This document shows, in pieces, positions 22,201-32,500 of a DNA stretch of 64,000 bases. This stretch comes from Oscillospiraceae bacterium. GTDB taxonomy: Bacteria; Bacillota; Clostridia; Oscillospirales; Oscillospiraceae. Location of the stretch: the NCBI GenBank assembly GCA_009777775.1, contig WRLE01000017.1:5622-69621 (forward strand), written 5' to 3'. A program made the position numbers and the translations under genes. The notes beneath the pieces were generated by a model, which did no database searches, was not told the DNA's origin, and was given only the letters and a program-made list of their open reading frames with translations. The number at the start of each line of letters is the position of its first letter. Within the stretch, counting starts at the first letter, position 1.

Positions 22201-22458
22201 GCCCAGAGAGGAGATTATCAATGAGAAAAATTCGCCTCTTGTAATATATCTATCAGGACGAAATTGATTCGAGGGAAATATCTCCGGGTCGATGAATCCA
22301 AGGTTGTACCAGCGGTTTATCACCGCCGCCGCCCAATGCCCGCCAATATCCGTATACCGAACCGTAGCTCCCATTGCGCTCTGCTGTCCCAGGGGAAGAA
22401 CTCCCAACAAGATAACAAACACAAGGATTGTCGATAGCGTCTTTCTTAATCTCTTCAT
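16228..22458 (-). CDS. Giant (2076 aa) SLH-anchored surface protein with a beta-helix-like region, a Gly/Thr/Ala linker and C-terminal Big_2 domains
   Basis: GGGAGG RBS. Signal peptide MKRLRKTLSTILVFVILLGVLPLGQQSAMG. N-terminal SLH repeats (YTDIGGHWAAAVINRWYNLGFI; FTDLIPNTWQYDVAAIANQMGIANGY; FSDSVFIAPYAITYVSAFVDKGIMGGY). Parallel beta-helix-like VIIDGDIIIGDGVGDGNVVISNSTINGSLVV. Three to four C-terminal Big_2 units (LVWTSANTDIAVVSGGIVTGIKAGTVKITV). Confidence 0.9.
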   Translation of the reverse strand: MKRLRKTLSTILVFVILLGVLPLGQQSAMGATVRYTDIGGHWAAAVINRWYNLGFIDPEIFPSNQFRPDRYITRGEFFSLIISSLGATAKADISAFTDLIPNTWQYDVAAIANQMGIANGYPDNTMRPDNTLLRQDAATLAARALGMSSVSEWSLERFSDSVFIAPYAITYVSAFVDKGIMGGYPDGSFRPRAFLTRAEAIKILDNLFINVYMPETGLRNVYLQGGLLIQSPGAELRDVIIDGDIIIGDGVGDGNVVISNSTINGSLVVRGGGPNSITLSNTTVSKGIYVASFGADTRVAVADNSTVPILETVSNVTVSGSGVAQITVLENAMRNATVNLNGVSLDRLSIDGPGAQVNLNSGHTMYATFDNAGQGARLDLAANTSVGHLTVSAPGAIVTGSGFVRNLIINNSGAVVSQSPEFLTMGLNIIATVAGESVSSAESQWANNNIDRLSAASNLKVELLSGADTRTPFDQSSLNLTMVAGSTASEAHVTQAAANRVPLTQRNNRWAYWVGFFVPAPPEAANMASVTYTYVDGSPITLPPRTLDYYNGRQGLLIYLPVFREANRESGVLKEVLFINWGGHLTENIHFLSTTMHLASLNSSQTATLQKEFDDMVMHSIHGGALSYSGAEAVRRILASDNPLGLSSNANRGLDAINRAVTIYEARSILEDTQFALDLTVHTSGTSQYSALSDAGKQYVVEQVLAARKTIFANPAAVKSAFDKAVQTRLAAETSLLGQINNSADYIALRKIIEVAANAAVLQFQTGAAPYNRYSDKQKNDMAEHLWKLRQYRSIQEVIDAIRRYLNDPSNLPDDSDPNQMEIVSLAYKPNAAPANFSVGAPPFSATLEVTIKTSTGQNRILSAAETSFLDLEHSWRNNPGSPISSHVFAAGVSTFTALRQGNDTLTTLHRASGKSATITVNVRAPIVATALSFRQKDITMYVGDVLNLWDTDQYLNLVPANATDLLWNSSNDTIAAVSSAGVVTAGDSKSTRPAIVTVSSRGNGLSDSTNIWVFENEYDIFVDPERISLQAGSSTKPGQVRVITASPLGTHRLLRWAVVGYPDDAFVAADIASVSTTGIITVKPTAPSGTYNNLIRVELFDRNTNTVLSYAYVTLVVREQISYELVVTQAVVQDRTRTGIPYGNLVSVQPLSDDYDLPDKFIWESSNPIILFSIDGGATAHQRLEVAPGVDPLIVTNGIGRSTISIFTSEFGPRAAEDKYIISAPRGVSGMEFYLDTSTEAMKDPPDYGRMLEMINGTTRNIRAYEPGQEDRAMAWLMYWTDPLRTRSYTSANTLLAYNTSSKVLSATAMGLARVVVVPTVANLPDGWEMVPGQDDGKWFARGNIPLFVLRASLPIGNPLYSPAFNDPENIAHYTFNPLIDENLSGFRLRSASGMWLAWSALDPASVMMGVQVICDVNGRDLTREKSSTATNDNDWNPDNVPLVAKTADSSGSNELFVWIQPRAPQINPMIRPASTIVYTQYMSFHPGVDLGAANRPAITYEVIGDFTYADTDGVDIELSTGTLLQPLKFAAWTLINGADRVVAANRGLTSIVFGRLYNEMPTPGALPYAITFDAEMKYTTNEGFVNKLDPAAGGPYYTHSIPFTDPLNPAKYTFTVIADPPSNLPLVPISLGPPGVNLALNADIVSAASSAGINLTTASYTVIGDASAFSISGTTVTFVSVPLILPTFVLITDSVNGAMLRVDFALSTSAPIIGGGMPIGGGGLPISPGSAPIVGFSLEDSGEAADDSTTAGSDGAGAGGESGGAAGAGIGVTPGTGTDTGTGVGTGTDAGTGAGVGIGATPGTVAPGMGAASIAPADTTVPPPKPPLTAIAIRPNSRVAVGGTLTLLPYVTPYNADQSGLVWTSANTDIAVVSGGIVTGIKAGTVKITVSNADGTIKAQSNVTVRVDSAPLTSISISQAESPMILGSSRNLTLKYRPAAPSITGATWRSSDETVARVEPDGRVHAVGAGTAVITATSVSGGHTATYTVVVRIPVTSISLPEASVTLPIGQTYQLYPTVEPAYATSTTATYTTSSRNVATVSETGLITALRAGTATITVRVDGKATSFRVTVPR

Positions 22459-22780
22459 TAATTAACCTCCCAAAAGCGACTCCAAGTCGCACAGTTGCCT
22501 ATTTTAAAGAAATATCATCTAGCTACTTTCGTCATAACGAGGGCTAGCAAAGCAATCTAGTCAGTTCAAATACCGAAAAGCTCATCAAAGCAATTATTGC
22601 TCCCATTGCATTAATGCAGCAGGTTATTTTTCCGATAATCTATATAAATGTTGTTTTTCATCAAATGGGTGAAAACATCAATCTGACAAAAGAGCATACA
22701 TTATTTTTATCGCTATTATAAACAATAGACTTTAGGACAATTAGGACTCTCAATGAAGTTGATACATTTGGAGGATTCCC

Positions 22781-25700
22781 ATGATTAAAAGGAAAAAAAT
22801 TACCAGCATTGCATTGACCATTATAATGATAATTACCCTATGCCTGAGCTTCACTGGCAAAGAAAGCTTTGATAAAGCAAGGGCAGCAGCCGATTACAGC
22901 TTTCGCTCCTTTGGAACAAATCTCCAGTGGAGGCTATCCATGGACGGATATTTGGAAATCACCCTGGTGGATAGTAGCCAATCCTCCGAATGGCCCAGCA
23001 ATTGGGGAAGCGGAAATATAAACGCTCCCTGGTATCCCTTTAGGGATGGAATAAAAATCGTAGCCATTGGCGAAGGTATAAACAAAATCGGCGACTATGC
23101 CTTTAACGCTTGCACAAGTCTGGCAATAGTCAACCAATTTAATGGTCCTGGTAAAGCCGGCATCACACATATAGGAAATTATGCCTTCAACGGCTGTGTC
23201 AGCTTAACTGATTTGGAAATATGGGGAGATACCAGCGTGATTTACATTGGCGATTATGCCTTCAATAATTGCGTCAGTCTCAGTCATATAAATACTGAAG
23301 ATACATTCCACATTGGCAACTACGCATTCAATGGTTGTTTAAACATAGCAAGCCTTAAACTCCCAGCAGTGGCAAATATTGGAAATTACGCATTTAACGG
23401 CTGTGTGAACCTTAATAGAATCGACCTTCCCGGCAGAATGGAAAGTATAGGAGAAGGTGTTTTTTCCGGTTGTAGGAGCCTGGAAACCATCAATGTTTCC
23501 GATTTGGGCGATGGTTATCTTTATCTTGATGTGATTCGTGAAGACCCCAGCGAATTCGGGGTCTTGTTCTGTGTATACTACAATCTATCTTCTGGTGAAT
23601 GGGAAGCCAGAATAATCAAAGCCGAAGTATGGGATACCGGAGTTTTGCGAAGCTACAATATCTTAGAGAGACCTGAAATCGATTTTAGCCGTTATCCTCC
23701 CAATTATGTACAAGAAAAGGTGAACTTTCCGTTGAAACGCATCGATGTGGAAGCCTTTGCCTATCAAAGCAACTTTACAAAAGTAACAGTCCCTGCAACA
23801 GTGGACTACATAGGGCTTAACGCCTTTTCCTGGAGCAACAATTTAAAAGAAGCACATTTTTTCGGTCATGCGCCGATTATCCCCCAAGTTCCCAATGTAA
23901 ATAACAATGCTCGGATTTTTGAGAGCGTTGATAGGGAGTTTGTCATTTATTTTGATTTTTATCCCAATGTTAGCTCCACAGGCTGGCCTCTACCGCCATC
24001 AACAAATTGGCGGGGTTATAAAGCAATCGCAAATAATGTCTATGTTTTGATTGCTCCCTCCACCCCTGACAACCCTTACACACCAGTGGTTACAACCTTG
24101 TCAAAGGGTAGCACAATACAGCTTCGAGCCACAGTCTATCCCCAAAACGCCAGTCAGGAAGTCATATGGAGCAGTAAAGACCCTGATATAGCCACCGTTT
24201 CCAGCACTGGAGTTGTCCACGGCATTAGCGAAGGCGAAACGATAATCACAGTGACAACGGCAGATGGCAGCAGGTTCGCATCTCGCCGAGTCCATGTTAT
24301 AGACCGCATCATTCCCATTACTGCAGTAGCACTAAATAAAAGCCGCATGACCTTGATATTGGAAACGGAAGGTGGAGTGGACTCTGGACTTCCCTTTGAT
24401 ACCTTGACAGCCATTGTCCATCCCAACAATACCGCTCCAGCTCCAACATTAATATGGAAAAGTAGCAACACCAGCATTGCATACGTGGACATCATCGACC
24501 CCTTGGAGCCACATAACGCCATCATCGTTGGCGTATCCCCTGGAACAGCAACGATTACGGTCACAGCAAAAACGGAGTTTGGAGAAATTACAAGCACAGA
24601 AACCACAGTTATCGTCACAGCAAACCCCTACGACCCCTCTGTTTTTGTACCCGTGACAAGCATAGCCTTAGACCCTGCTGTTCCCTCGCTCCCAATGGGC
24701 GGAACAATCAACCTATCTGAACTAGCCACCGTGCTACCCCAGAACGCCACCAACAAGGAAATTACAGGCTGGCGTATACTGGAAGATCTTTCCACAATCA
24801 GCGGTGCCGTTATTACCATGACTGGCGAATTGAGCGTGCCTGCCATCGAAATGGGAATGGTGGTTGTGGAAGCAACCATACTAAAAGGCAGATCCGATGC
24901 CCAGTGGGGTTATGGTGCTGATATAGCCGATGCCGATTACACACAATTTTTCACCATCAGCGTGGTTAGCTTTGAACCGGTAATCGCCATTCAAAACATC
25001 CCACAAACCGCCCATGCAGGTGTTCCTCTACTCCTTACTGGTACAGTTGTCCCCCAGGATAGACCGATTCATTGGTCCATAAGCGAAGACGATAGCGGCG
25101 AAACAGCGGCATATATCGACCCTGTTAGCGGAATGTTAGTAGCCCAGCGCACAGGCTTTTTACGAATGGTAGCCACCGTATATAACGGAAAATGGGTAGA
25201 CAGTCTCACGGGCGGAACCCTTGAAACATATAGAACAATCTTTACCATACGAGTACTGCCCTATGACCCCAAAGTACTCACCATTAGAGCAAATCCCGGT
25301 GGGAGAATCAGCATAGCAAATAGTCAATCACCCACAGCATCAATTGTGGTTGACAAATCCGTGGAAGAAACCTTGGAAATCAGAGCCCACCCGGATCCGG
25401 GCTATATATTCGCTGGTTGGAGCTCCACAAATGGTGGCGAAATCAAAGATGCCAGCAATCCAACTACCATGTTCACAATGCCCATGACCGCCACCACAGT
25501 AACAGCATTTTTCACATATACAGGAGTCTCCAGTGGCTCATCCAGCGGAGCGGTGGTTATACCAACACCAAGCCATTACTTCACATATGGAAATAGATAC
25601 CAGCAAGGCTCGGATGTGGATTTTTCCCATATAACGAGGAGAGATTTTCAACTCTTCAGCCATGTGAGCCTTGATGAAAGAACACTAGTAAAAGATGGGC

Positions 25701-26419
25701 ATTATACAGTGGAACGCATAGGAGCCTACACAATGGTCACCCTTGTAAACGGCTATTTAGACTCACTGGGAAGCGGCTCATATACACTAAATGTCTATTT
25801 TAGCGATTTGGTAACAATAAGTGCCACTTTCACCATTGAGGCATCCAGTAGCACAGCAATTCCCCAATCCCCCATTGGAGCGCAAATGTTTGACGATGTG
25901 CGCGTGGGAGACTGGTTCTATATGGAAGTTTCATATGTCGCCGAACGGGGCTGGGTCACCTCCAATGCATCAGACCCCAGGCTATTTAGGCCTAACTCCT
26001 CAGCTACCCAAGGTGAAGCCATCGATGCCCTCTACCGCCTCTCCGGAAGACCAGGAATGATATCCTCAGATGGTCGAGGACTCAGCGGACGCAGCGCGGC
26101 ACTTGAATGGGCTCGGCAAAATGGCATCGTCCCCGTGGGAGGGGTAATAAATGCAGACAGCCTCATAACAAGGCAAGACATGGCACAGCTTCTCTCTCGC
26201 CTGGTGAGCGCAAACAATATGAAATATCCCATAACAAGGGCACAACCAAATTTCGTCGATGAATGGTCAATAGACCAAGCAGTCCGCAGTGCGGTTATCA
26301 ACCTATATAGAGCAGGGATTATAGATGGAAGAACAGTAAACACCTTCGTCCCCCAAGGCAACCTAAGCCGCGCCGAACTATCAGTAATCCTCTACCGCTT
26401 CACAAACGTAATGGAGTAA
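22781..26419 (+). CDS. Large (1212 aa) surface protein: BspA-type LRRs, Big_2 domains, InlB-B-repeat, C-terminal SLH domains
   Basis: GGAGGA RBS. Signal peptide. Repeated IGNYAFNGC / IGDYAFNxC LRR units. Big_2 (VIWSSKDPDIATVSSTGVVHGISEGETIITV). B-repeat (GYIFAGWSSTNGGEI...TVTAFF). SLH (FDDVRVGDWFYMEVSYVAERGW; FVDEWSIDQAVRSAVINLYRAGIIDGR). Confidence 0.9.
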   Translation: MIKRKKITSIALTIIMIITLCLSFTGKESFDKARAAADYSFRSFGTNLQWRLSMDGYLEITLVDSSQSSEWPSNWGSGNINAPWYPFRDGIKIVAIGEGINKIGDYAFNACTSLAIVNQFNGPGKAGITHIGNYAFNGCVSLTDLEIWGDTSVIYIGDYAFNNCVSLSHINTEDTFHIGNYAFNGCLNIASLKLPAVANIGNYAFNGCVNLNRIDLPGRMESIGEGVFSGCRSLETINVSDLGDGYLYLDVIREDPSEFGVLFCVYYNLSSGEWEARIIKAEVWDTGVLRSYNILERPEIDFSRYPPNYVQEKVNFPLKRIDVEAFAYQSNFTKVTVPATVDYIGLNAFSWSNNLKEAHFFGHAPIIPQVPNVNNNARIFESVDREFVIYFDFYPNVSSTGWPLPPSTNWRGYKAIANNVYVLIAPSTPDNPYTPVVTTLSKGSTIQLRATVYPQNASQEVIWSSKDPDIATVSSTGVVHGISEGETIITVTTADGSRFASRRVHVIDRIIPITAVALNKSRMTLILETEGGVDSGLPFDTLTAIVHPNNTAPAPTLIWKSSNTSIAYVDIIDPLEPHNAIIVGVSPGTATITVTAKTEFGEITSTETTVIVTANPYDPSVFVPVTSIALDPAVPSLPMGGTINLSELATVLPQNATNKEITGWRILEDLSTISGAVITMTGELSVPAIEMGMVVVEATILKGRSDAQWGYGADIADADYTQFFTISVVSFEPVIAIQNIPQTAHAGVPLLLTGTVVPQDRPIHWSISEDDSGETAAYIDPVSGMLVAQRTGFLRMVATVYNGKWVDSLTGGTLETYRTIFTIRVLPYDPKVLTIRANPGGRISIANSQSPTASIVVDKSVEETLEIRAHPDPGYIFAGWSSTNGGEIKDASNPTTMFTMPMTATTVTAFFTYTGVSSGSSSGAVVIPTPSHYFTYGNRYQQGSDVDFSHITRRDFQLFSHVSLDERTLVKDGHYTVERIGAYTMVTLVNGYLDSLGSGSYTLNVYFSDLVTISATFTIEASSSTAIPQSPIGAQMFDDVRVGDWFYMEVSYVAERGWVTSNASDPRLFRPNSSATQGEAIDALYRLSGRPGMISSDGRGLSGRSAALEWARQNGIVPVGGVINADSLITRQDMAQLLSRLVSANNMKYPITRAQPNFVDEWSIDQAVRSAVINLYRAGIIDGRTVNTFVPQGNLSRAELSVILYRFTNVME

Positions 26420-26430
26420 AAAGATGTGGT

Positions 26431-26580
26431 ACTCCTGACTCCTGACACGCACCATAAACCCAAGAATACCAACTCCTAACTCCTAACTCCTAACTCCTAA
26501 CTCCTAACTCCTCACTCCTAACTCCTAACTCCTAATTCCAACTCCTAACTCCTCACTCCTCATTCCTAATTCCAAATCCC
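26431..26580. repeat. Tandem heptamer array: 2 x ACTCCTG, then about 16 units of AACTCCT (ten perfect, plus CACTCCT, CATTCCT, AATTCC variants)
   Basis: Read directly. The array ends 4 nt before the GGAGGA SD (26585-26590) of the 26599 ORF. The unit is the reverse complement of AGGAGTT. Confidence 0.95.
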
Positions 26581-26598
26581 TACTGGAGGACATATAGA

Positions 26599-29500
26599 AT
26601 GACCAGAACAAGCATATATAAAAAAATACTAGCAACACTTCTCTTGCTATGCGCAACTATAATGCTATTTTTACCCATTGGAAATAAAACGGAGGCATCA
26701 GCTTCCCCAGGCTTTACCAATTGGATAGACATAGCGGACACCAGTTGGTACGACGTACCCAATGCCAGTGTACCAATAGGACCCGAGAATCTAACTGGTT
26801 CTGTTTCTGTAGTTCATCAGTATTATATAAACTCCGCAGAGCAACTAGCAGGTCTAGCTAGATTGGTGAACAATGGCACAGCAACCTTCGAGGGAAAGAT
26901 AATATACCTCACATCGAATATATATCTAGCGGACAAACAATGGACTCCCATAGGAACAGTAGCTAGACCTTTTTTGGGAACATTCTCCGGTATGTATGAT
27001 GACAAAGTTTATGCCATATACGATTTGCGCATCGATCCATCAGCAACCCAAAACATTCACATTGGACTCTTTGGGGTTGTTGGTAGACCCGATGCACCTT
27101 CTATGCCAAATAGATATGATCACCCAGCCATCGTGGAGCATGTCAGGCTAGTAGACCCATTTGTATATGTCACCACAGGACCCCCAACAGTACCAACTTA
27201 CTCCGTGGGAGGAGTCGTCGGTAGAAACTACGGAAGTATATTATATAGCTCCGTCATAGCTCGCAGGACCATGCAGGAAGTATCTGGTCAAAACAGTCGC
27301 GGCGTTGGCGGTATTTGCGGCGAAAACTACGGTATTATTCAAGAATGTTATAACGAAGGTCAAGTAACAGGTTTTGATGGCAACAGCCTCAGCGGAGCTG
27401 GCGGAATCGTCGGAGACAATAGATACGGCGGTGTTGTGGAAAACTGCTACAATACAGGAACCATCAACTCCACCAGGAAAAGCGTGGGTGGCATCGTTGG
27501 ATATAACTATGAAGGTGGATTAATAAATCGTGTATATAATATAGGTGAAATCACCATCAGCGGTGTTGATACAGGCTTTGGTGGCATATGCGGAACCAAC
27601 GATGGAAAAATCGATTATGCAGCATATTGGTATGGCGATAAAGACCAGCGTCTTGGTGGGCAACCTATTGACGAGGGTAGCACCTCCATGAGGAAGCAAG
27701 GTGTGGGCGGCGGCATTGGCACATACAACGGAGTCAATCGCATCAACGGCACCGCTATCAATAACCTCAGCAGCTATCCAGGCTTTATATTCACCCCCAC
27801 AGCTCCTGATACTTGGAGTTTTGTGACTAGTCCAGGTCCAGACGATTATCCCATGTTGGTAAATGTACCCGAAATCCCAGATACAACAATCAACACAATT
27901 AACATCTACCTGACCCCACCACGAACAAGCGAACCACCAAGCATTGCTGTGACTAGCAACACAAAGGGAATTGAGGTTGTGGATGTAAATTGGCTCGGTG
28001 TTGTTGGTAATTCATTTGCTGCTACAAATTATACAGTGGAAGTTACGATTAATGCAAAAAGTTTATTTGTATTCAATACAGCTCTCACATCATCTACTGT
28101 TTATATAAATGGAGCTTCAGCAACAGTTGTAAGTAATACTGCCGATACTGTCGTATTATCAAGATCATATGTAACTGGTTCAGGCGATTTAGCTATTCCC
28201 CAAAACCGTCAACCTGCAAACAGAACTCTAATGGAAAACACTGGAACAATCATATCTGTTGAGCATTCTACAACATCGTTGCATGATGTTTATTACCAAT
28301 GGTACAGAAATGATGACGGAATCCCTATTCCTATCGGTGGACCAATACTAAACAACTATTCGCTTCCGATTACAGCAGCAAGTCTACCCTTAAGCGGAAG
28401 TCCATATATTTATTATTGCGAAATAAGTCAATTAGCACCAAATGAAATTATCCAATCTCGTGAAGTTATAATCACCGTATTACCATATCAAGTTTCCGGG
28501 CAGTTCCTTGACCCCTGGGATAGAAACTTCAGCTTTGCCACCTATGCAAGCAATCCTTGGGCTTGGGATTTCAGCTCTGCCACATATGGCTATGAAGCGC
28601 AAAGACCCCGCAACATCAGGGCATCTAACACCACTAGAACCATAGTACCGACACTTACATACGTCATCACAGGCGATGACCAAATGTTCGAGCGTCCAGT
28701 ACCTCCCTCTCTCTGGGGCATTCCTAGAGGTGGCAACACAAGCTTCACCATCGCTCCAGCTCTTGGGCTACCCGTGGGTAGATACTTCGCAACGGTAACC
28801 CTGGTGGAAATTAGCAAAAGCATCAACCTTAGCTTTGAAGTCTTGCCAAAAATCCAGGACACACCAAAAATTCAAATAGACTATATCGAAGAAAAACTAA
28901 TTGGCTTTAATCCAGACGAGACATATACCATCAGCATTAGCGGTGTTCCCATAGTTGGATTTGCTAATTTTACTGGCATATCAGAAATCGACCTTTTTGA
29001 CTTGATAGGAGCCTGGACAACAGACATTGACTTGGAAATTGTCATGAAGGGCGAAACCGTCATATTTCCTGCCATTGCTAATATATGGGATAGCGCAGCT
29101 CAGCTCTTGACTATTCCCAAGAGACCAGCCCCACCAACAGGCTTAACGGGAATCATGCCCGATAGAATAGCAGGTAAAGACGGAAAAATCCTAGGAACAA
29201 CGGATCAAATGGAATATAGCCTCGACCCTCCAGGAGCTGATACTTGGATTGCCTGTACAAATGTTGAAACATTAAACGTTATTCCCGATGATAATTACCA
29301 TGTTCGATATAGAGCAAATCCAGACCCAGATGGAAACTTTAGAAGTCTGTCAGCAACACCTTTGTTAAAAGTTCCACAACGCCCAGGACCCTTGGAAGCC
29401 ACTCCATCCTCGCTTATTAATTACGAAAAAGAAACCCTATACAACCTCGTTCCCACAGCGGAATACATGATAAATGGCGAAGCGGTGGTGTTTAATGCTG

Positions 29501-32500
29501 ATGGCGAAGTAGACATTAAAGAAGCATGGTTCGATACTACCATTGAGCTAATCAAAGTCGGCACAGGAAATTGGCAGACAACAGGAGACAGCCATCCCCA
29601 AATGGTATGGATAAAAGCCAGACAAGCAACTCCACTGGCAACGGATGTTATAGGCGTTCCCCCCGCCACCATTGCAGGCACCATTGGCGAAATCACTGGA
29701 ATGGAAGCGGGTATGGAATTTAAATCAAAGGACGAAGATCTGGAAGTCATCATAGACGGCGGCAGTCCCATATTAGCCGATGATTGGATGGATTATATCG
29801 ACCCATCAATGGTGGAAGGAGAAATCGGACCTTATCTGGTGAGAAGAAAAGCCAGCAACACTCTATCAATTTTCGCCAGCCTCCCATTGGAGGTGGCAAT
29901 CCCAAGACAGGACGGCTCTCCAGAACCCACTCCCCTCGCCATGATTGATTTCATCAATGAAAGGCTAATAAACCTGGATTTCGGCGCAGCATATAGGATT
30001 AACTATGCTTCTCAATCCCTAATTGCATCAGGTGTTGCAGGAAGTGGCTGGTTAGCCATCAACGAAGCATGGATGGGAACACAAATCAGCATAATCAAAA
30101 GGGGCGACGGAAGCACATCCATAGACAGTGACTCACAATTCCTTCGCATACCAGCAAGACCAGCAGCACCAAACATTACAGCGGAAGCCCCCAGTGTATA
30201 TGCAGGATTGGGTCAGCTTTTATCAACGGATACCACAATGGAATACAAACTATCCAGCGGTCCCGATGTATGGACTGTCTGCCAATTCCCTGAAACGGAC
30301 TTACTACCTGGCGATTACGAAGTGCGGATAAGGGCTGTGGGTGGAATCAACGGAAACTTCAAGAGTAATCCCACCCTCATCACAATACCCGAGTGGACGG
30401 CAGACCCAGAACCCACCCCTGAAGTCATAATCGATTATATAGAAGAAAAACTCACAAACTTTGAAGATACTGCCAGTTACACCATAAAAATAAACGATGT
30501 GGAGCAACTAGTGGGCGGCAGTACTGTATTTACCAATCTTACAGAGCTTGTCATCGACCCAACGTGGATGGATGAAATAATACATATCATCAGAAAAGGT
30601 GACGGTGTTCTCACCCGAGACAGCGACCCACAGATTCTCTCTCTGGAAAGACCGGAAGCACCAACTAACCTGGTGGGTGTACCACCAACTTCAGCAGGAA
30701 TGAGTGCGAGAATCAGCGGAACAACAGGAGCGATGGAATATAGAGCATATGTTGACCCCCAACCAAGCCCACCGATACCATGGGTAACATGCTCCAACCA
30801 AACAACCTTTGTGGGACCTCCAGGAACCTATGAAGTCCGAATCCGTGCTGTTGCAGGACCAAATGGAAACTTTGCAGGAAAATCCGCCCATGTCACCGTC
30901 ACAGACATCACCGTACCCCCAGAGAGCATCACCTTTGAAGCAGTACAAGTGGGCGGAGCCTCAGGAGTGGCTGATAGCACAGGTATAGAAATTACATTTA
31001 ATAGATCCATAACGGGCTTAGGACTCACAGCCGACGACATTGTTATAGTGAACGACACAGGTGCTGTGGTGAAAGGAAGCCTCTCAGGCTCCGGAAGAGT
31101 CTATACAATTGCCCTATCCAATGTGGTGGCAGAAGGCGATGTCCATGTGAGTATTAAAAACCTCGGAGCCTTCACAGTCACAGGACTGCCCTCCAATCCC
31201 GTTCATGTAAGGGTTTATAAAAACACCAGTGGCATGAGCATAGTGGTGGGCGCCCAAAACGGACTACTGAGAACAGGCATCGCTGGCTCCGTTAGATATA
31301 CTGTAACAACCACAGGAATACCAGTGGGTAGCGCCATTAGCCTCATGAATTTGAACTCTGTCACAGGTATCACCATGGACACAGCGGTGACGGTGGGCAA
31401 CACAACCTATATAACTATACGAACCACAGCGACCACTCCCCCAGGAACCCATCCCCTACGCTTGAGTATATATGGAATAAGATCAAATGTATTTCATTTG
31501 GTGATTGACCCCAGCCAAGGTGTAACACCTCCTTTGACCACATATACAGTGACAGTAACCGGTAGCGCAGCCACTAGTACCGGAGCTGGAATATATTCCC
31601 CAGGAGAAGCAGTCTCAATATCTGCTGGTATACGAGATGGATACAGCTTCAGCGGCTGGACAGCCTCTGGTGGAGTAGCAGGAGGGCTGGAGTTTGAAGA
31701 CCCCAACAGCCCCACCACAATATTCCTCATGCCCAATGGCAATGTCACAGTTACAGCGAATTGGGGTGTTGCCATAACAGACCATGTCATATACACCGCT
31801 GAGCAAATAGGCGGTGTGAGCGGCAACCTCAACAGCACAGCCATACGCCTTGTCTTTGACCGACCAGTGACAGGTTTAACTGCCAGTCATATAAATATCA
31901 CAAATGGAAGCGGATCGGCCACAAAGGGAACTCTCTCAGGCTCTGGAAATACATACACCCTTGCCCTTACAAACGTAACGACGCAAGGTACAGTGAGCAT
32001 CTCCATAGCCAATTTCGGCAGCTATGCGGTGAGTAATAATCCGCAGATAGTGCAAGTATTCAGAGATGCCAGCGGTAGAAGAATCCAGGTGGGAGCACAA
32101 AATGGTTATCTGGAAGAAGGAACATTCGGCTATGTCACATACACAGTGACAACGGAAAACATTGCAAACGGTTCCTTTATTCAACTAAATAACTTAGACA
32201 ATCACCCCGGAATCACCTTAGACTCAGCATACACAACTGGAAACAGCACCATTATAACCATCAGGACAACCAATGGGACTCTTCGTGGACAGCATCCCCT
32301 CTCCCTGACCATTAACGGCTTGACATCAAATAATTTTGAACTCACCGTGGGAAGACCAGGAAGCAGCGGAACTGCCTCCACATATACAGTTTCCATCAGC
32401 GGAAGTTATGCATCAGGAACAGGAAGCGGACGGTATTCCCCAGGCTCACTGGTGACAGTCCAAGCGGGAACACGAGCAAATTACAGCTTTAACGGCTGGA

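Noticed and set aside
22459-22780. Possible invertible promoter between the divergent giant surface-protein genes
   Set aside because: Only short palindromes were found (TGCATTAATGCA at about 22604-22615 and a bulged TGTTTTTCA/TGAAAACA hairpin). There are no flanking inverted repeats of 10 bp or more, and no recombinase gene is nearby.
26431-26580. Possible CRISPR array
   Set aside because: The units are only 7 bp and directly abutting, with no spacers, and no cas genes are in the window. This is a microsatellite-type tandem repeat, not CRISPR.
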